DNA of 64,000 nucleotides from Bifidobacterium breve (GTDB lineage Bacteria; Actinomycetota; Acidimicrobiia; Acidimicrobiales; Ilumatobacteraceae): assembly GCA_945886445.1 (NCBI GenBank), contig CAMCZG010000004.1:72-64071 (forward strand). The letters are read 5' to 3'. The position numbers and the translations under genes are program-made. A model generated the notes under the pieces. That model did no database searches. It was not told the origin of the DNA and worked only from the letters and a program-made list of their open reading frames with translations. Below, one piece after another: positions 1 through 9,016 of the stretch (position 1 is its first letter; every line of letters begins with the position of its first letter).

Positions 1-1
1 A

Positions 2-337
2 ATGGCGATATTCGACATCGTCGGAAACAACACCGACCGCAAAGGTGGCCATGTATTACTCGATAGCGCCGGACACATTTGGGGCATCGACCACGGTGTG
101 TGCTTTTCAGATGAATTCAAATTACGCACCGTCATTTGGGATTTTGCTACCGAAAAACTTTCTGAAGAGCACCTTGCTGCTTTAGAAAATATTTCTCAAC
201 AAGTTCCTCTAGAGGTGGCAACTCTGCTCAGCGAGGAAGAAGTGATAGCGCTCAAAGAACGCGTCGACTGGTTACTTGAAAACAAAGTTTTACCCTACGA
301 CCCATCGGGAAGACGCGTTCCGTGGCCACTTCTGTGA
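2..337 (+). CDS. C-terminal fragment of a PI3/PI4-kinase-like (SCO1664-family-like) protein; the 5' end lies outside the window
   Basis: The ORF is open at the window edge. The motif NTDRKGGHVL...IWGIDHGVCF resembles the catalytic loop and DxG region of the actinobacterial kinase-like family. The family name is from memory, not searched. Confidence 0.55.
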   Translation: MAIFDIVGNNTDRKGGHVLLDSAGHIWGIDHGVCFSDEFKLRTVIWDFATEKLSEEHLAALENISQQVPLEVATLLSEEEVIALKERVDWLLENKVLPYDPSGRRVPWPLL

Positions 338-346
338 CAATCTGCA

Positions 347-1336
347 GTGATGAGCCAATACCTCGATGCGCTTGTTGACCGCGCCGACCTCGACGAAATC
401 ATTCGCGAGATCGATGCACTCTGTGCGAAACGTGAGTGGAATGAACTTGCTACATTGCGCAATAAATGTGCCGCAGCAGTAAAGACCGGACGACAAGTAT
501 GGCCGGCAGCCACGCTTGCTAATTACCGCCTTGCGTTACATGCTGATGCCAAAAATGCCGCCGAATCTTTGCAGCATCCCACCAGCACATTCAGCATTGG
601 GCCACTCACCGAGGTCATCGCCCAAAGCCACTCATGGAACGAAATTGAGAAGTACATCACCGACCCACCCATGCGCGGCTTTGTGGCGTACGAGCGCGCT
701 ATACGCGGTGACACCATTGAGAACGATGAAAGCCTGCAACAAATTTTAGAAATTCCACTTGCTCTTGGCACCTGGGAACCTTCGTACGAAGTGCCCTTTT
801 ACTCCGACAACGGCGTTGAAGCACCCACGCCACTTCTCACTGCCGTTCCGTTCAACAAAGTGAAATGCAATACCTCGGCACAATATGACGATGACACCGA
901 TATTGAACAAGCAGTGCGTGGTGTAGTGGAAGCATGGACTTCTCAGTCGAATGGCCGCGTTACTTTCGCTGCGGTGTCTGGCAGCATTTCTTCGGCACTC
1001 GGGGCACTGGGGTTGAGCGAAGCGTATGTATGCCCTCTCGAGCCAACACAGGTCATGTCTCTTGTTGCGTGGGCCGGAGCATCGGGTGGTGCACATGGTC
1101 GTAGGCGCGGCATGGCTCAAGGTCGCTTTAGTGCATGGTGGCTCGCTACTGCATTTGCCGATGCACTTGAAGAGTGGCCTCTACGACCAAACACGCTTCT
1201 TGCTGAAATGGAAGAACTGCAATGGTTTACCTGGCGCGAAGAAGATCCGCTCCACGGATGGCAACTACAACTTGCTGTGGAAGATCCATTTAACGATATG
1301 TCGTGGGCATTTTCCGCCCGCGACATATCGTCATGA
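347..1336 (+). CDS. Conserved hypothetical protein (329 aa), no recognisable motif
   Basis: Long ORF that follows the previous gene after 9 nt. The start is GTG 347 or ATG 350. There is no signal peptide or TM segment. It ends 1 nt before the convergent etfA stop. Confidence 0.55.
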   Translation: MMSQYLDALVDRADLDEIIREIDALCAKREWNELATLRNKCAAAVKTGRQVWPAATLANYRLALHADAKNAAESLQHPTSTFSIGPLTEVIAQSHSWNEIEKYITDPPMRGFVAYERAIRGDTIENDESLQQILEIPLALGTWEPSYEVPFYSDNGVEAPTPLLTAVPFNKVKCNTSAQYDDDTDIEQAVRGVVEAWTSQSNGRVTFAAVSGSISSALGALGLSEAYVCPLEPTQVMSLVAWAGASGGAHGRRRGMAQGRFSAWWLATAFADALEEWPLRPNTLLAEMEELQWFTWREEDPLHGWQLQLAVEDPFNDMSWAFSARDISS

Positions 1337-1337
1337 A

Positions 1338-2303
1338 TTAACGACCCTTCAAAGCCTCAATGAGCTTCGGCAGTACTTTGTGCACGTCGCCCACGATGCC
1401 GAGGTCGGCAATGCCAAAGATTGGAGCTTCTTTATCTTTGTTGATGGCGATGATGTTTTTTGCACCCTTCATACCCACCATGTGCTGAGTTGCACCAGAA
1501 ATACCGGCGGCAATGTAAACGCTTGGCTTTACTACTTTGCCGGTTTGACCCACTTGGTATGAGTAAGGAACCCAGCCCGCATCGACAATGGCGCGTGATG
1601 CACCAGGTGCACCCTTCAACAACTTGGCAAGTTCTTCCACCATTGCGTACTTGTCGGCCTCGCCGAGCCCACGACCACCAGAAACAACGATGCTTGCTTC
1701 GTCGAGCTTTGGACCAGTGGTCTCTTCAACGTGAACAGCAGTCACTTTTGCGCCACCCGTTGCACCAAGGTCGGGAACACTTGCTGCAGCAATAGCTGCA
1801 GGCGCGCCGCCCGATGCTTCGGCAGCAAAGCTCTTTGGACGGAACGCAACGAGGTACGGGCCTTCGCCAGTAAATGTTGTGGTGACCAAAGTGTTGCCAC
1901 CGAAAATAGGTGTAGTTGCATTCACTGCATCGCCGTCAACAGCAACGTCGATGGAGTTGGTGAGCACAGACTTGTTCAGCTTCACTGACAAACGCGACAA
2001 TACGTCACGACCTTCGTAATTTTGTGGGAACAAAATGAGGTCGGGCTGATCGCCACCATCGATGATTGCTTTCATTGCACCAGACACAGCAACTCCAGGA
2101 AGTTTTCCTGCAAGATCGCCAGTTGCATACACCTTTGTTGCACCAAACTCACCGAGCTGGGCAGCAACGCCAGAAGCGTCGCCACCCAGAATTGCAGTGA
2201 CATTTGACGAAAGCGAACGGGCTTTCGTCAGGAGCTCGAGAGTTCCTGTTGTTGCAACACCGTTTGTTACTTGGGCAAAAACCCACACACTGTTAATAGC
2301 CAT
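1338..2303 (-). CDS. etfA: Electron transfer flavoprotein alpha subunit
   Basis: The C-terminal FAD-binding signature PSVYIAAGISGATQHMVGM matches, as do the overall EtfA/FixB length and the position downstream of etfB. Confidence 0.95.
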   Translation of the reverse strand: MAINSVWVFAQVTNGVATTGTLELLTKARSLSSNVTAILGGDASGVAAQLGEFGATKVYATGDLAGKLPGVAVSGAMKAIIDGGDQPDLILFPQNYEGRDVLSRLSVKLNKSVLTNSIDVAVDGDAVNATTPIFGGNTLVTTTFTGEGPYLVAFRPKSFAAEASGGAPAAIAAASVPDLGATGGAKVTAVHVEETTGPKLDEASIVVSGGRGLGEADKYAMVEELAKLLKGAPGASRAIVDAGWVPYSYQVGQTGKVVKPSVYIAAGISGATQHMVGMKGAKNIIAINKDKEAPIFGIADLGIVGDVHKVLPKLIEALKGR

Positions 2304-2313
2304 AATTTTTTCC

Positions 2314-3090
2314 TCAGATCACTTTCAGATTTTCTAGGAACGCAATAATCTTGCCAAACGACTCTCCGTCGTCTTCTACGATTTCGCCTGCTTGGCGTGC
2401 TTCTGCTTGAGCAACAAGCGTGACTTTTTGCCCAGCACCTGCCCAACCTGCTGGTGTCACACCAAGGTCGCTTGCAGTTACTTCTTCAACTGGCTTGCTC
2501 TTTGCAGCCATGATGCCTTTGAAGCTTGGGTAACGCGGCTCTACTACACCAGCGGTCACGCTGATGAGTGCGGGCAAGGCACATTCAACTTCGTCGTAAC
2601 CTTCTTCGGTTTGACGATTAGCTTTCAATACGCCGCCATCAATTTTTACTTTCTTTGCGAAAGTCACTGAAGGAAGTCCGAGTACTTCTGCCATTTGTTC
2701 AGGAACAGTTCCGGTGTAACCATCGGAAGATTCTGTACCAGCAATAATGAGATCTGCTCCGCCTAAGCGCTGCACGGCAGCAGCAAGAATTTTTGCAGTG
2801 GTGAGTGCATCGCTTCCTTGCAATGCAGGGTCGGACACTAAAATTCCTTTTGCAGCACCCATAGCAAGCGCAGTGCGCATACCGGCGGTTTCACCATTTG
2901 GCGCCATGGAGATGATGCTCACTTCTCCGCCACCAGATGCATCGACAAGTTGCAATGCCATTTCTACGCCGTATGCGTCGGAGTCATCGAGGATAAGTTT
3001 GCCGTCTCGCTTCAGGGTGTTTGTTGCGCCGTCTAAGGCACCTGGCAAGGCGGGGTCTGGAATCTGTTTTACACAGACGATCACGTTCAT
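2314..3090 (-). CDS. etfB: Electron transfer flavoprotein beta subunit
   Basis: The N-terminus MNVIVCVKQIPDP is typical of EtfB/FixA. The gene is 258 aa and sits 10 nt upstream of etfA. Confidence 0.95.
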   Translation of the reverse strand: MNVIVCVKQIPDPALPGALDGATNTLKRDGKLILDDSDAYGVEMALQLVDASGGGEVSIISMAPNGETAGMRTALAMGAAKGILVSDPALQGSDALTTAKILAAAVQRLGGADLIIAGTESSDGYTGTVPEQMAEVLGLPSVTFAKKVKIDGGVLKANRQTEEGYDEVECALPALISVTAGVVEPRYPSFKGIMAAKSKPVEEVTASDLGVTPAGWAGAGQKVTLVAQAEARQAGEIVEDDGESFGKIIAFLENLKVI

Positions 3091-3160
3091 GGCTTCTATT
3101 GTTACCGCTTGGTTCCGATTCTGCCTAACTGGCGACAGAAACTGCTACCGTTTCCTCGTT

Positions 3161-4078
3161 GTGCGTGTTCTTCTTGTAGTTAACTCCTTTGCGTCATCGG
3201 TCACAGCCCGCAATACGGTCGTGGTCCATCAGCACCTTGCCCGCCATCACACCGTGCAGGTAGTGGAAACGAACCGCCGCGGGCATGCCACACGATTTGC
3301 AGAAGACGCTGCGCGCCGCGGGCTCGATTGCGTGGTCTCCTTTGGAGGCGACGGCACGCTCAATGAGGTCGCTACAGGCATAGCTGGCTCCGAAACAGCC
3401 TTAGGAGTCCTTCCAGGGGGCTCTACCAACGTCTTTGCCCGCACTCTTGGCATGTCGAATGACCCTACTGAGGCAGTGAAGCAACTTGCACTAGCACTCG
3501 ATACCGAGCGCATTGCTTCTATTGGTCTGGGCAAGGTCAATGGTCGGTACTTTTGTTTTCATACCGGTGTCGGCTACGACGCTGCCGTGGTGCGCAATGT
3601 GGAACGTAAGGCAGCTTTAAAACGCTGGCTAGGCCACCCACTATTTGTTGGCGCTGCTCTGCATACCTGGGCCCTTGGCTACAGCCGCAAGGTTCCTCAC
3701 TTCTCTGTGAATGTCGGAGAAGAACAACCTGTCAATGGTTACTTCACCATTGTCATGAACACGAACCCTTACACATTCCTTGGCAAGAAGCCTCTTAACT
3801 TGTCACCACATGCCAACCTCGACAGTGGCCTGTCGGTAGTTACCTTCACTTCTTTGTCCGCTATCACATTGCTTGGTTCAATAGGCAAAGCCATTCGCAG
3901 CGACGGTGTTCCTGAAAGTAAGCACGTGAAAATTCGCGAAGACGTGAAGGTAGTGAGCATCACCAACGACCGACCCTTCCCGTTTCAACTCGATGGCGAC
4001 TACCTAGGTGAAACAACCGAATTGCAATTCACCCATGAACCCCATGCGGTGCGGCTCGTACAGCCGCTTCTTTCATAA
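3161..4078 (+). CDS. Diacylglycerol/lipid kinase family protein (YegS/DagK-like)
   Basis: Contains the GGDGTLNEV catalytic motif and begins (V)RVLLVVNSFASS, the usual family N-terminus. The track ORF (2747..4078) is over-extended antisense into etfB. The start is reassigned to in-frame GTG 3161 and remains uncertain. Confidence 0.8.
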   Translation: MRVLLVVNSFASSVTARNTVVVHQHLARHHTVQVVETNRRGHATRFAEDAARRGLDCVVSFGGDGTLNEVATGIAGSETALGVLPGGSTNVFARTLGMSNDPTEAVKQLALALDTERIASIGLGKVNGRYFCFHTGVGYDAAVVRNVERKAALKRWLGHPLFVGAALHTWALGYSRKVPHFSVNVGEEQPVNGYFTIVMNTNPYTFLGKKPLNLSPHANLDSGLSVVTFTSLSAITLLGSIGKAIRSDGVPESKHVKIREDVKVVSITNDRPFPFQLDGDYLGETTELQFTHEPHAVRLVQPLLS

Positions 4079-4081
4079 TTC

Positions 4082-4807
4082 CTAACGACCAAGAACGCGC
4101 AACGCCACATCAGGAACATTCGTACAAATGGCATCTATTTTCCACGCCAGTAGTTCGGCCATGCGTACTTCATCGTCGCAGGTCCAGGTATTCACTTGTA
4201 TTCCTCGTGCATGACACAGGTCAATAAGTTCCTTCGTTAATACACCTACCCACGGGTGAAGCGCACTGTGGCCGCCATGAACGAGGCCATCAATAATATT
4301 TTCTGCATCATTGGGGACCACCGCTACAGTGAGCCACGCGGTGCGTAACTCCGGAGCAATTTCGTGCACTTTGTCAATGGTTTCTCGACGAAACGACGAA
4401 ATGAGAAATCGTGAATTTTCCTTGCGAGCGAGAAGAGCATGCGCAACTACTTCTGCAACAGAGTCACTGCCATCGAAGTCGGGTTCGTTCTCATCATTTT
4501 TAATTTCTACATTGACCCACATTCCCGAACAAGCATCGAGCGCTTCAGTCAAGGTGGGTATATGCGTGGGCATCTCACTGTGCTGCAGTGCACAAATATC
4601 TCGCCCATCTTCGAGTCGCGGGTCGTGATGTACCACCAAGTGCCGATCTGCCGTTAACCGCACGTCCAGCTCTACCCCATCAGCCCCCATATCGCCTGCG
4701 GCACGAAATGCCAACACTGTGTTTTCACGCTCGGCTCGAGAGGCTCCGCGATGGGCCAAAACGAAGGTTTGGGAGCCGAGTGTTACGGGAACAAAAATTT
4801 GATTCAT
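4082..4807 (-). CDS. Glycerophosphodiester phosphodiesterase (GDPD family)
   Basis: Contains VLAHRGASRAERENTVLAF and GADGVELDVRLTADRHLVVHHD motifs. The start is moved to ATG 4807 (MNQIFVPV...). Confidence 0.85.
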   Translation of the reverse strand: MNQIFVPVTLGSQTFVLAHRGASRAERENTVLAFRAAGDMGADGVELDVRLTADRHLVVHHDPRLEDGRDICALQHSEMPTHIPTLTEALDACSGMWVNVEIKNDENEPDFDGSDSVAEVVAHALLARKENSRFLISSFRRETIDKVHEIAPELRTAWLTVAVVPNDAENIIDGLVHGGHSALHPWVGVLTKELIDLCHARGIQVNTWTCDDEVRMAELLAWKIDAICTNVPDVALRVLGR

Positions 4808-4933
4808 AAATCTTAAAGTACTGCTTGTGATTAGCGAATTCCCGACGTAACGTGCCCGAGCCACAAAGAACACGTGGCGATTGAAATATCCACCCTGGGC
4901 GTTTACCGCCCCTTAACAATTGCAGGAGATGAA

Positions 4934-5233
4934 GTGACCATCCTCGCTTCAAGCCTCGCGCTCGGAAGTGCCGACTACACGTGGCGTTCGAACGCGGTAT
5001 GCCGTGACACTGACCCAGAATTATTCTTTCCTGTAGGAACTACAGGCCAAGCACTTCTTCAACTCAGTAAGGCAAAAGAAACCTGTGACCAATGCACCGT
5101 CAAGGTTGAGTGCTTACAGTTCGCCATCGACACCAACCAAGACTCCGGTGTTTGGGGCGGAACTTCAGAAGATGAGCGTCGCGCCATTCGCCGACAAATT
5201 GCAGCTCGTCACCGTTCCAGCATTGCTGGCTAA
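4934..5233 (+). CDS. whiB: WhiB-family Fe-S transcriptional regulator
   Basis: Four Cys are present (CRDTDPELFFP ... CDQCTVKVEC) along with the GVWGG turn and a basic tail. An AGGAG at 4924-4928 lies 5 nt before in-frame GTG 4934. The track start is 4874. Confidence 0.85.
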   Translation: MTILASSLALGSADYTWRSNAVCRDTDPELFFPVGTTGQALLQLSKAKETCDQCTVKVECLQFAIDTNQDSGVWGGTSEDERRAIRRQIAARHRSSIAG

Positions 5234-6771
5234 GTCGCCACAATAGGAACAACAAGTTCAATCAGTGTTCCCATCGAGTTGGTTGGCAACTCCACATCTG
5301 CTTCTTCGTAGTCTGCTGCGACAGCGGATCGCATGTCGATAGTGCCGCCTAGTTCTGTGCTCACCAACGTACGAACAATTGATAAACCCAATCCGGTTGC
5401 TTGGCTTATATCAAAATTGGGGTCAAGACCTGCTCCGTCGTCGAGCACTCGCACACACAGTCGTGTACTTTCTTCGCCTTGTGACGACACTAAAACTTCT
5501 TGCGACAAATGTACCGAAACATTGCCACCGCGATGCGAGGTGCCCTCTTTAAAACCATGGTCAACTGCATTTTGCAATAGTTCAGTAAGCACTACCGAAA
5601 GTGGCGTTGCAATGGTTGCGGGCAAACGCCCACCATCACCGTGTACGACAAATCGAATTGGTCGATCGGGCGATTGCAAGCTTTCTTCCACGAGTCGCAG
5701 TAATGGCCGGACAATTTCGATGAATGCAACATCTTCACCTGGCTCGCGCGACAAGGTTTCATGCACTAGGGCAATGGTGCGAATGCGACGCACCGATTCA
5801 TTAACTGCCGACTTCGCTTCACCATCGTCCAACCTGCGCGCCTGCAAACGCAACAATGACGAAATGGTTTGCAGGTTATTTTTGACGCGGTGGTGAATTT
5901 CTCGAATAGTTGCATCTTTCGACAAGATCAAGCGGTCACGACGACGCAATTCAGAGACATCACGCAACAACAGCACTGCTCCGGTTGCGTTGTGTGACCC
6001 ATCTTCTTGGTTCACATTGAGTAACGGCATGCAACGTGCGAGCAAAGTGACCTCGGAGGTTTGATCGAATTCTTCTACCACTGGTTCGTGCCGCTCAAAT
6101 GCCTGGCGTACTGCACTGTCGGTAAAACCGAGTTCCGCCAGAGTTTGCCCAACACTGTTTGCACCAATGCCCACCCTGTGCAATGCCGACACTGCATTCG
6201 GCGATGCGTACCGCACCCGAGCCGCTTCATCTATGACCAACACACCGTCGCCGACGCGGGGAGCAACGCTGGAGTCGGCTGCTTTGCCTGGAAACGGAAA
6301 AAGTCCTTCTTTGATCATGAGTGAAAAGCGATCAAATATTTCAAGATACGTACGCTCAAGCTCACCTGGCTGACGGCTGCTACGAGTTGACCATTCACGA
6401 CTGAGTACTGCTATCGGGCGTCCGTTGAAACGCACTGGAATAGCAAACATGCGCGCTTGGTGGGCGCCATCTTCAATGGGAATTTCGCCTTCGCTCCATT
6501 CGCCCGTTGAGAACGCCTGTGCCAGCAGCAACTCTTCGTCTTGTGCTGCCCATGTTGCAACGCGATCGGCAATGTACAAGGTCTGCCCAGTGGCTGCGCG
6601 CACATGTGCGCCAATAATCCACTTGCCGTCACTTGTCGGCAGGTACAAGAGCAAGTCGGCAAAACAAAAATCGGCAAGCATCCCCCACTCAGAGATGAGG
6701 TTTTGCAAATGAACGATGTCTTCTTTTTCAAGAAGCGTATTTTGTCGTGCTAGGTCACCGAGAGTTGCCAT
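5230..6771 (-). CDS. pdtaS: PdtaS-type sensor histidine kinase (GAF-PAS-HisKA_2-HATPase)
   Basis: Contains the HHRVKNNLQTISSLLRLQ H-box, a C-terminal ATPase with a DDGAGL G1 box, and the N-terminus MATLGDL. It converges on whiB, the same pairing as in mycobacteria (whiB1 / pdtaS). Confidence 0.85.
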   Translation of the reverse strand: MATLGDLARQNTLLEKEDIVHLQNLISEWGMLADFCFADLLLYLPTSDGKWIIGAHVRAATGQTLYIADRVATWAAQDEELLLAQAFSTGEWSEGEIPIEDGAHQARMFAIPVRFNGRPIAVLSREWSTRSSRQPGELERTYLEIFDRFSLMIKEGLFPFPGKAADSSVAPRVGDGVLVIDEAARVRYASPNAVSALHRVGIGANSVGQTLAELGFTDSAVRQAFERHEPVVEEFDQTSEVTLLARCMPLLNVNQEDGSHNATGAVLLLRDVSELRRRDRLILSKDATIREIHHRVKNNLQTISSLLRLQARRLDDGEAKSAVNESVRRIRTIALVHETLSREPGEDVAFIEIVRPLLRLVEESLQSPDRPIRFVVHGDGGRLPATIATPLSVVLTELLQNAVDHGFKEGTSHRGGNVSVHLSQEVLVSSQGEESTRLCVRVLDDGAGLDPNFDISQATGLGLSIVRTLVSTELGGTIDMRSAVAADYEEADVELPTNSMGTLIELVVPIVAT

Positions 6772-6783
6772 GGCACTGTGGCT

Positions 6784-7020
6784 TTAGCCGCCGAAGCCCA
6801 TGCGCTTATCGCTTTCCGGGCTACCAAATTCAACGTAAGCAATTTTTGCACCAGGCACAACTACTTCGCGCCCTTTTTTATCGGTGAGCCACAGAACGTC
6901 TGTTGCTCCCGAAATTGCGGCATCAACTGCAGCTTTGATTTTTTTTCGAGCTGCAGCATCGTCTTCCACCTCGAGCGTAATTTCACGAGGGCTTTGGGTA
7001 ACTCCGATTCGAATGTCCAT
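6784..7020 (-). CDS. DUF3107 family protein
   Basis: 78 aa, MDIRIGVTQSPREITLE...LTDKKGREVVVPGAKIAYVEFG. This pattern is typical of the small actinobacterial DUF3107 proteins. Confidence 0.8.
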   Translation of the reverse strand: MDIRIGVTQSPREITLEVEDDAAARKKIKAAVDAAISGATDVLWLTDKKGREVVVPGAKIAYVEFGSPESDKRMGFGG

Positions 7021-7029
7021 GGGTGAACC

Positions 7030-8175
7030 TTACGAGATCTTGAGGGCAGAGCTAAAGATCTTCTTCGGTTTTAATTCAGTGGCAATACGCTCAGCCATCT
7101 GGTGGAAGATCATTGCGGTCTCACTTGTTGGGTCAACAGCGGTAATGGGGTGCCCATCATCGCCACCTTCACGCAATGCATTCAATAGGGGAATTTGCGC
7201 CAAAAGGGGCACATTCAACTCATCAGCAAGCTCTTGGCCACCACCCGAACCAAAAATCTCATATTTCTTGCCATCATCGCCGGTGAACCACGACATATTT
7301 TCAATGACTCCACGAACGGTGAGATTTACTTTTTCTGCCATTGCAGCCGACAATCGCGCAACTTTTTGTGCTGCTTGTTGTGGAGTAGTTACTACGTACA
7401 CCTCGGCACGTGGCAAATATTGACTGAGGCTCAGTGCGATGTCGCCTGTTCCTGGCGGCATGTCGACAAGCAAAAAGTCGGGTTCATCCCAGTACACATC
7501 GGTGAGGAATTGTTCAAGTGCTTTGTGCAACATCGGTCCACGCCATACAACTGCTTGACCATCGGGAACAAAGTATCCAATAGAAATACAACGCACGCCC
7601 CAAGCTTCTGGTGGAAGGAGCATTTGATCAATAGCAACCGGATCGCGATCTGCACCCAACATGCGGGGAATAGAAAAACCATAAATGTCGGCATCGACAA
7701 TGCCTACAGAGTGACCTCGTGCCGCAAGTGCAACTGCCAAGTTGGTAGTAACACTGCTTTTTCCTACGCCACCTTTTCCTGAGGAAATGAGAAGAGGTCG
7801 CGTTTTTGAACCAGGTTGTGCAAACGGAATACTGCGGCCCTCGGCATGCCCGTGAGCAGTTTGTGAGCCAGCAGAAGAGGCTGCGTCACCATGAACAATG
7901 CGACGCACGTTTTCGCGCTCTGCATCGGTCATTACTCCAAAGGTGAGATTCACATCGCTCACTGATGGGTCGGCACGAAGTGCACCATTCACGCGATTAG
8001 TAATTTCATTGCGCAACGGGCACCCAACAATGGTGAGCACAACGGTGAGAGTTACTACGCCTGCGGCCGACACTTCCACGTCGCGCACCATGCCGAGGTC
8101 GACAATGGAACGATGAAGTTCTGGGTCTTGTACGGGGCGAAGGGCTTCAATGACTTGCTCAACTGCAATAGGCAT
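7030..8175 (-). CDS. mrp: Mrp/ApbC/NBP35 Fe-S cluster carrier ATPase with an N-terminal DUF59 domain
   Basis: Contains the deviant Walker A GKGGVGKSSVTTNLA and the DUF59-like VQDPELHRSIVDLGMV. ATG 8175 is preferred over the track's TTG 8190. Confidence 0.9.
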   Translation of the reverse strand: MPIAVEQVIEALRPVQDPELHRSIVDLGMVRDVEVSAAGVVTLTVVLTIVGCPLRNEITNRVNGALRADPSVSDVNLTFGVMTDAERENVRRIVHGDAASSAGSQTAHGHAEGRSIPFAQPGSKTRPLLISSGKGGVGKSSVTTNLAVALAARGHSVGIVDADIYGFSIPRMLGADRDPVAIDQMLLPPEAWGVRCISIGYFVPDGQAVVWRGPMLHKALEQFLTDVYWDEPDFLLVDMPPGTGDIALSLSQYLPRAEVYVVTTPQQAAQKVARLSAAMAEKVNLTVRGVIENMSWFTGDDGKKYEIFGSGGGQELADELNVPLLAQIPLLNALREGGDDGHPITAVDPTSETAMIFHQMAERIATELKPKKIFSSALKIS

Positions 8176-8271
8176 AAGGGTGACGTCCAATACGAGAAGG
8201 TGGATAGGAGATCGGCGCCTTAATTAGCACTATCTCCATAGGTACAATACCTCCTGTAGAGTAATCAGGTA

Positions 8272-9006
8272 ATGAGTGAGCGCATGAATCGAGAGCAACA
8301 AATGTCACCTGGCTCTTTCACAGCCACCGTGAGCGCCATCACATCAGCTTTTGGCGACCCCACTCGACGTGCCGTGTATCTCTTTGTTCGCGAAAGTGAC
8401 AACGGAGCAACTGCAGCACAAGTGGCAGAGCACTTCAACTTGCACCCCAACGTGGCGCGCCATCATCTCGACAAACTTTCTGCGGGTGGCTATGCAGAAG
8501 CCTCTGTAGAAAAACCTTATGGCGGTGGTGCCGGGCGCCCGTCGAAGCACTATCGCTGCGTTGGCCCCTCACCGCTTGAAGCACCCATCGTACGAAGTGA
8601 CGATCTTGTTTTAAGTTTGCTCGGCAATGCACTTGAACTTTTACCGCGAGCCGAAGCCGAAATGATGGCAGAAAAAGTGGGCGCACAATACGGACGCGTG
8701 CTGGCCACTGGTTTGAGTAGTGAAGATCTTGAACACGGTCAACGCTCACTCAAAAGCGCAATGCAGACTGTGGCCGATGCACTCACTGCGCATGGCTTTG
8801 CCGCTCATACCGATCACCGCAACAATCAGTTGCGTATTGTCAACAACCATTGTCCATTTGGCGACGTTGCTATTGAGCACCCAGTCATTTGTGCAGTCGA
8901 CCGCGGAATGGTGAAAGGAATGCTCGGTGCGCTGTACGGCGAAACAAACCCCGAGCTACGAGAGTCCATTCCACAAGGCGACACCTTTTGCGCCACAAGC
9001 ATTTAA
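8272..9006 (+). CDS. Winged-HTH (ArsR/DeoR-like) transcriptional regulator with a Cys-containing C-terminal domain
   Basis: Has an N-terminal wHTH (RRAVYLFVRESDNGATAAQVAEHFNLHPNVARHHLDKL). The C-terminal region carries three Cys (NHCPFGD...VICAVDRG...FCATSI). It is divergent from mrp. Confidence 0.6.
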   Translation: MSERMNREQQMSPGSFTATVSAITSAFGDPTRRAVYLFVRESDNGATAAQVAEHFNLHPNVARHHLDKLSAGGYAEASVEKPYGGGAGRPSKHYRCVGPSPLEAPIVRSDDLVLSLLGNALELLPRAEAEMMAEKVGAQYGRVLATGLSSEDLEHGQRSLKSAMQTVADALTAHGFAAHTDHRNNQLRIVNNHCPFGDVAIEHPVICAVDRGMVKGMLGALYGETNPELRESIPQGDTFCATSI

Positions 9007-9016
9007 CGCAAGTAGT

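Noticed and set aside
2747-3160. The N-terminal 138 codons of track ORF 2747..4078, which would make a 443-aa lipid kinase.
   Set aside because: This part runs antisense through etfB and has no kinase-like sequence. The family N-terminus (RVLLVVNS...) begins at GTG 3161, so the extension is an open-frame artefact.
4852-4865. A GTG-N7-CACA element upstream of whiB, considered as a CRP/GlxR-type site like the one that regulates whiB1 in mycobacteria.
   Set aside because: The spacing is one base short of the GTG-N8-CAC architecture and the flanking bases do not match TGTGA/TCACA. It is too weak to call.
8201-8240. An imperfect inverted repeat (ATAGGAGAT ... ATCTCCATA) in the mrp/regulator intergenic region.
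   Set aside because: Only a 6-bp core (GGAGAT/ATCTCC) is complementary, with a 19-nt spacer. That is within chance expectation for this length.
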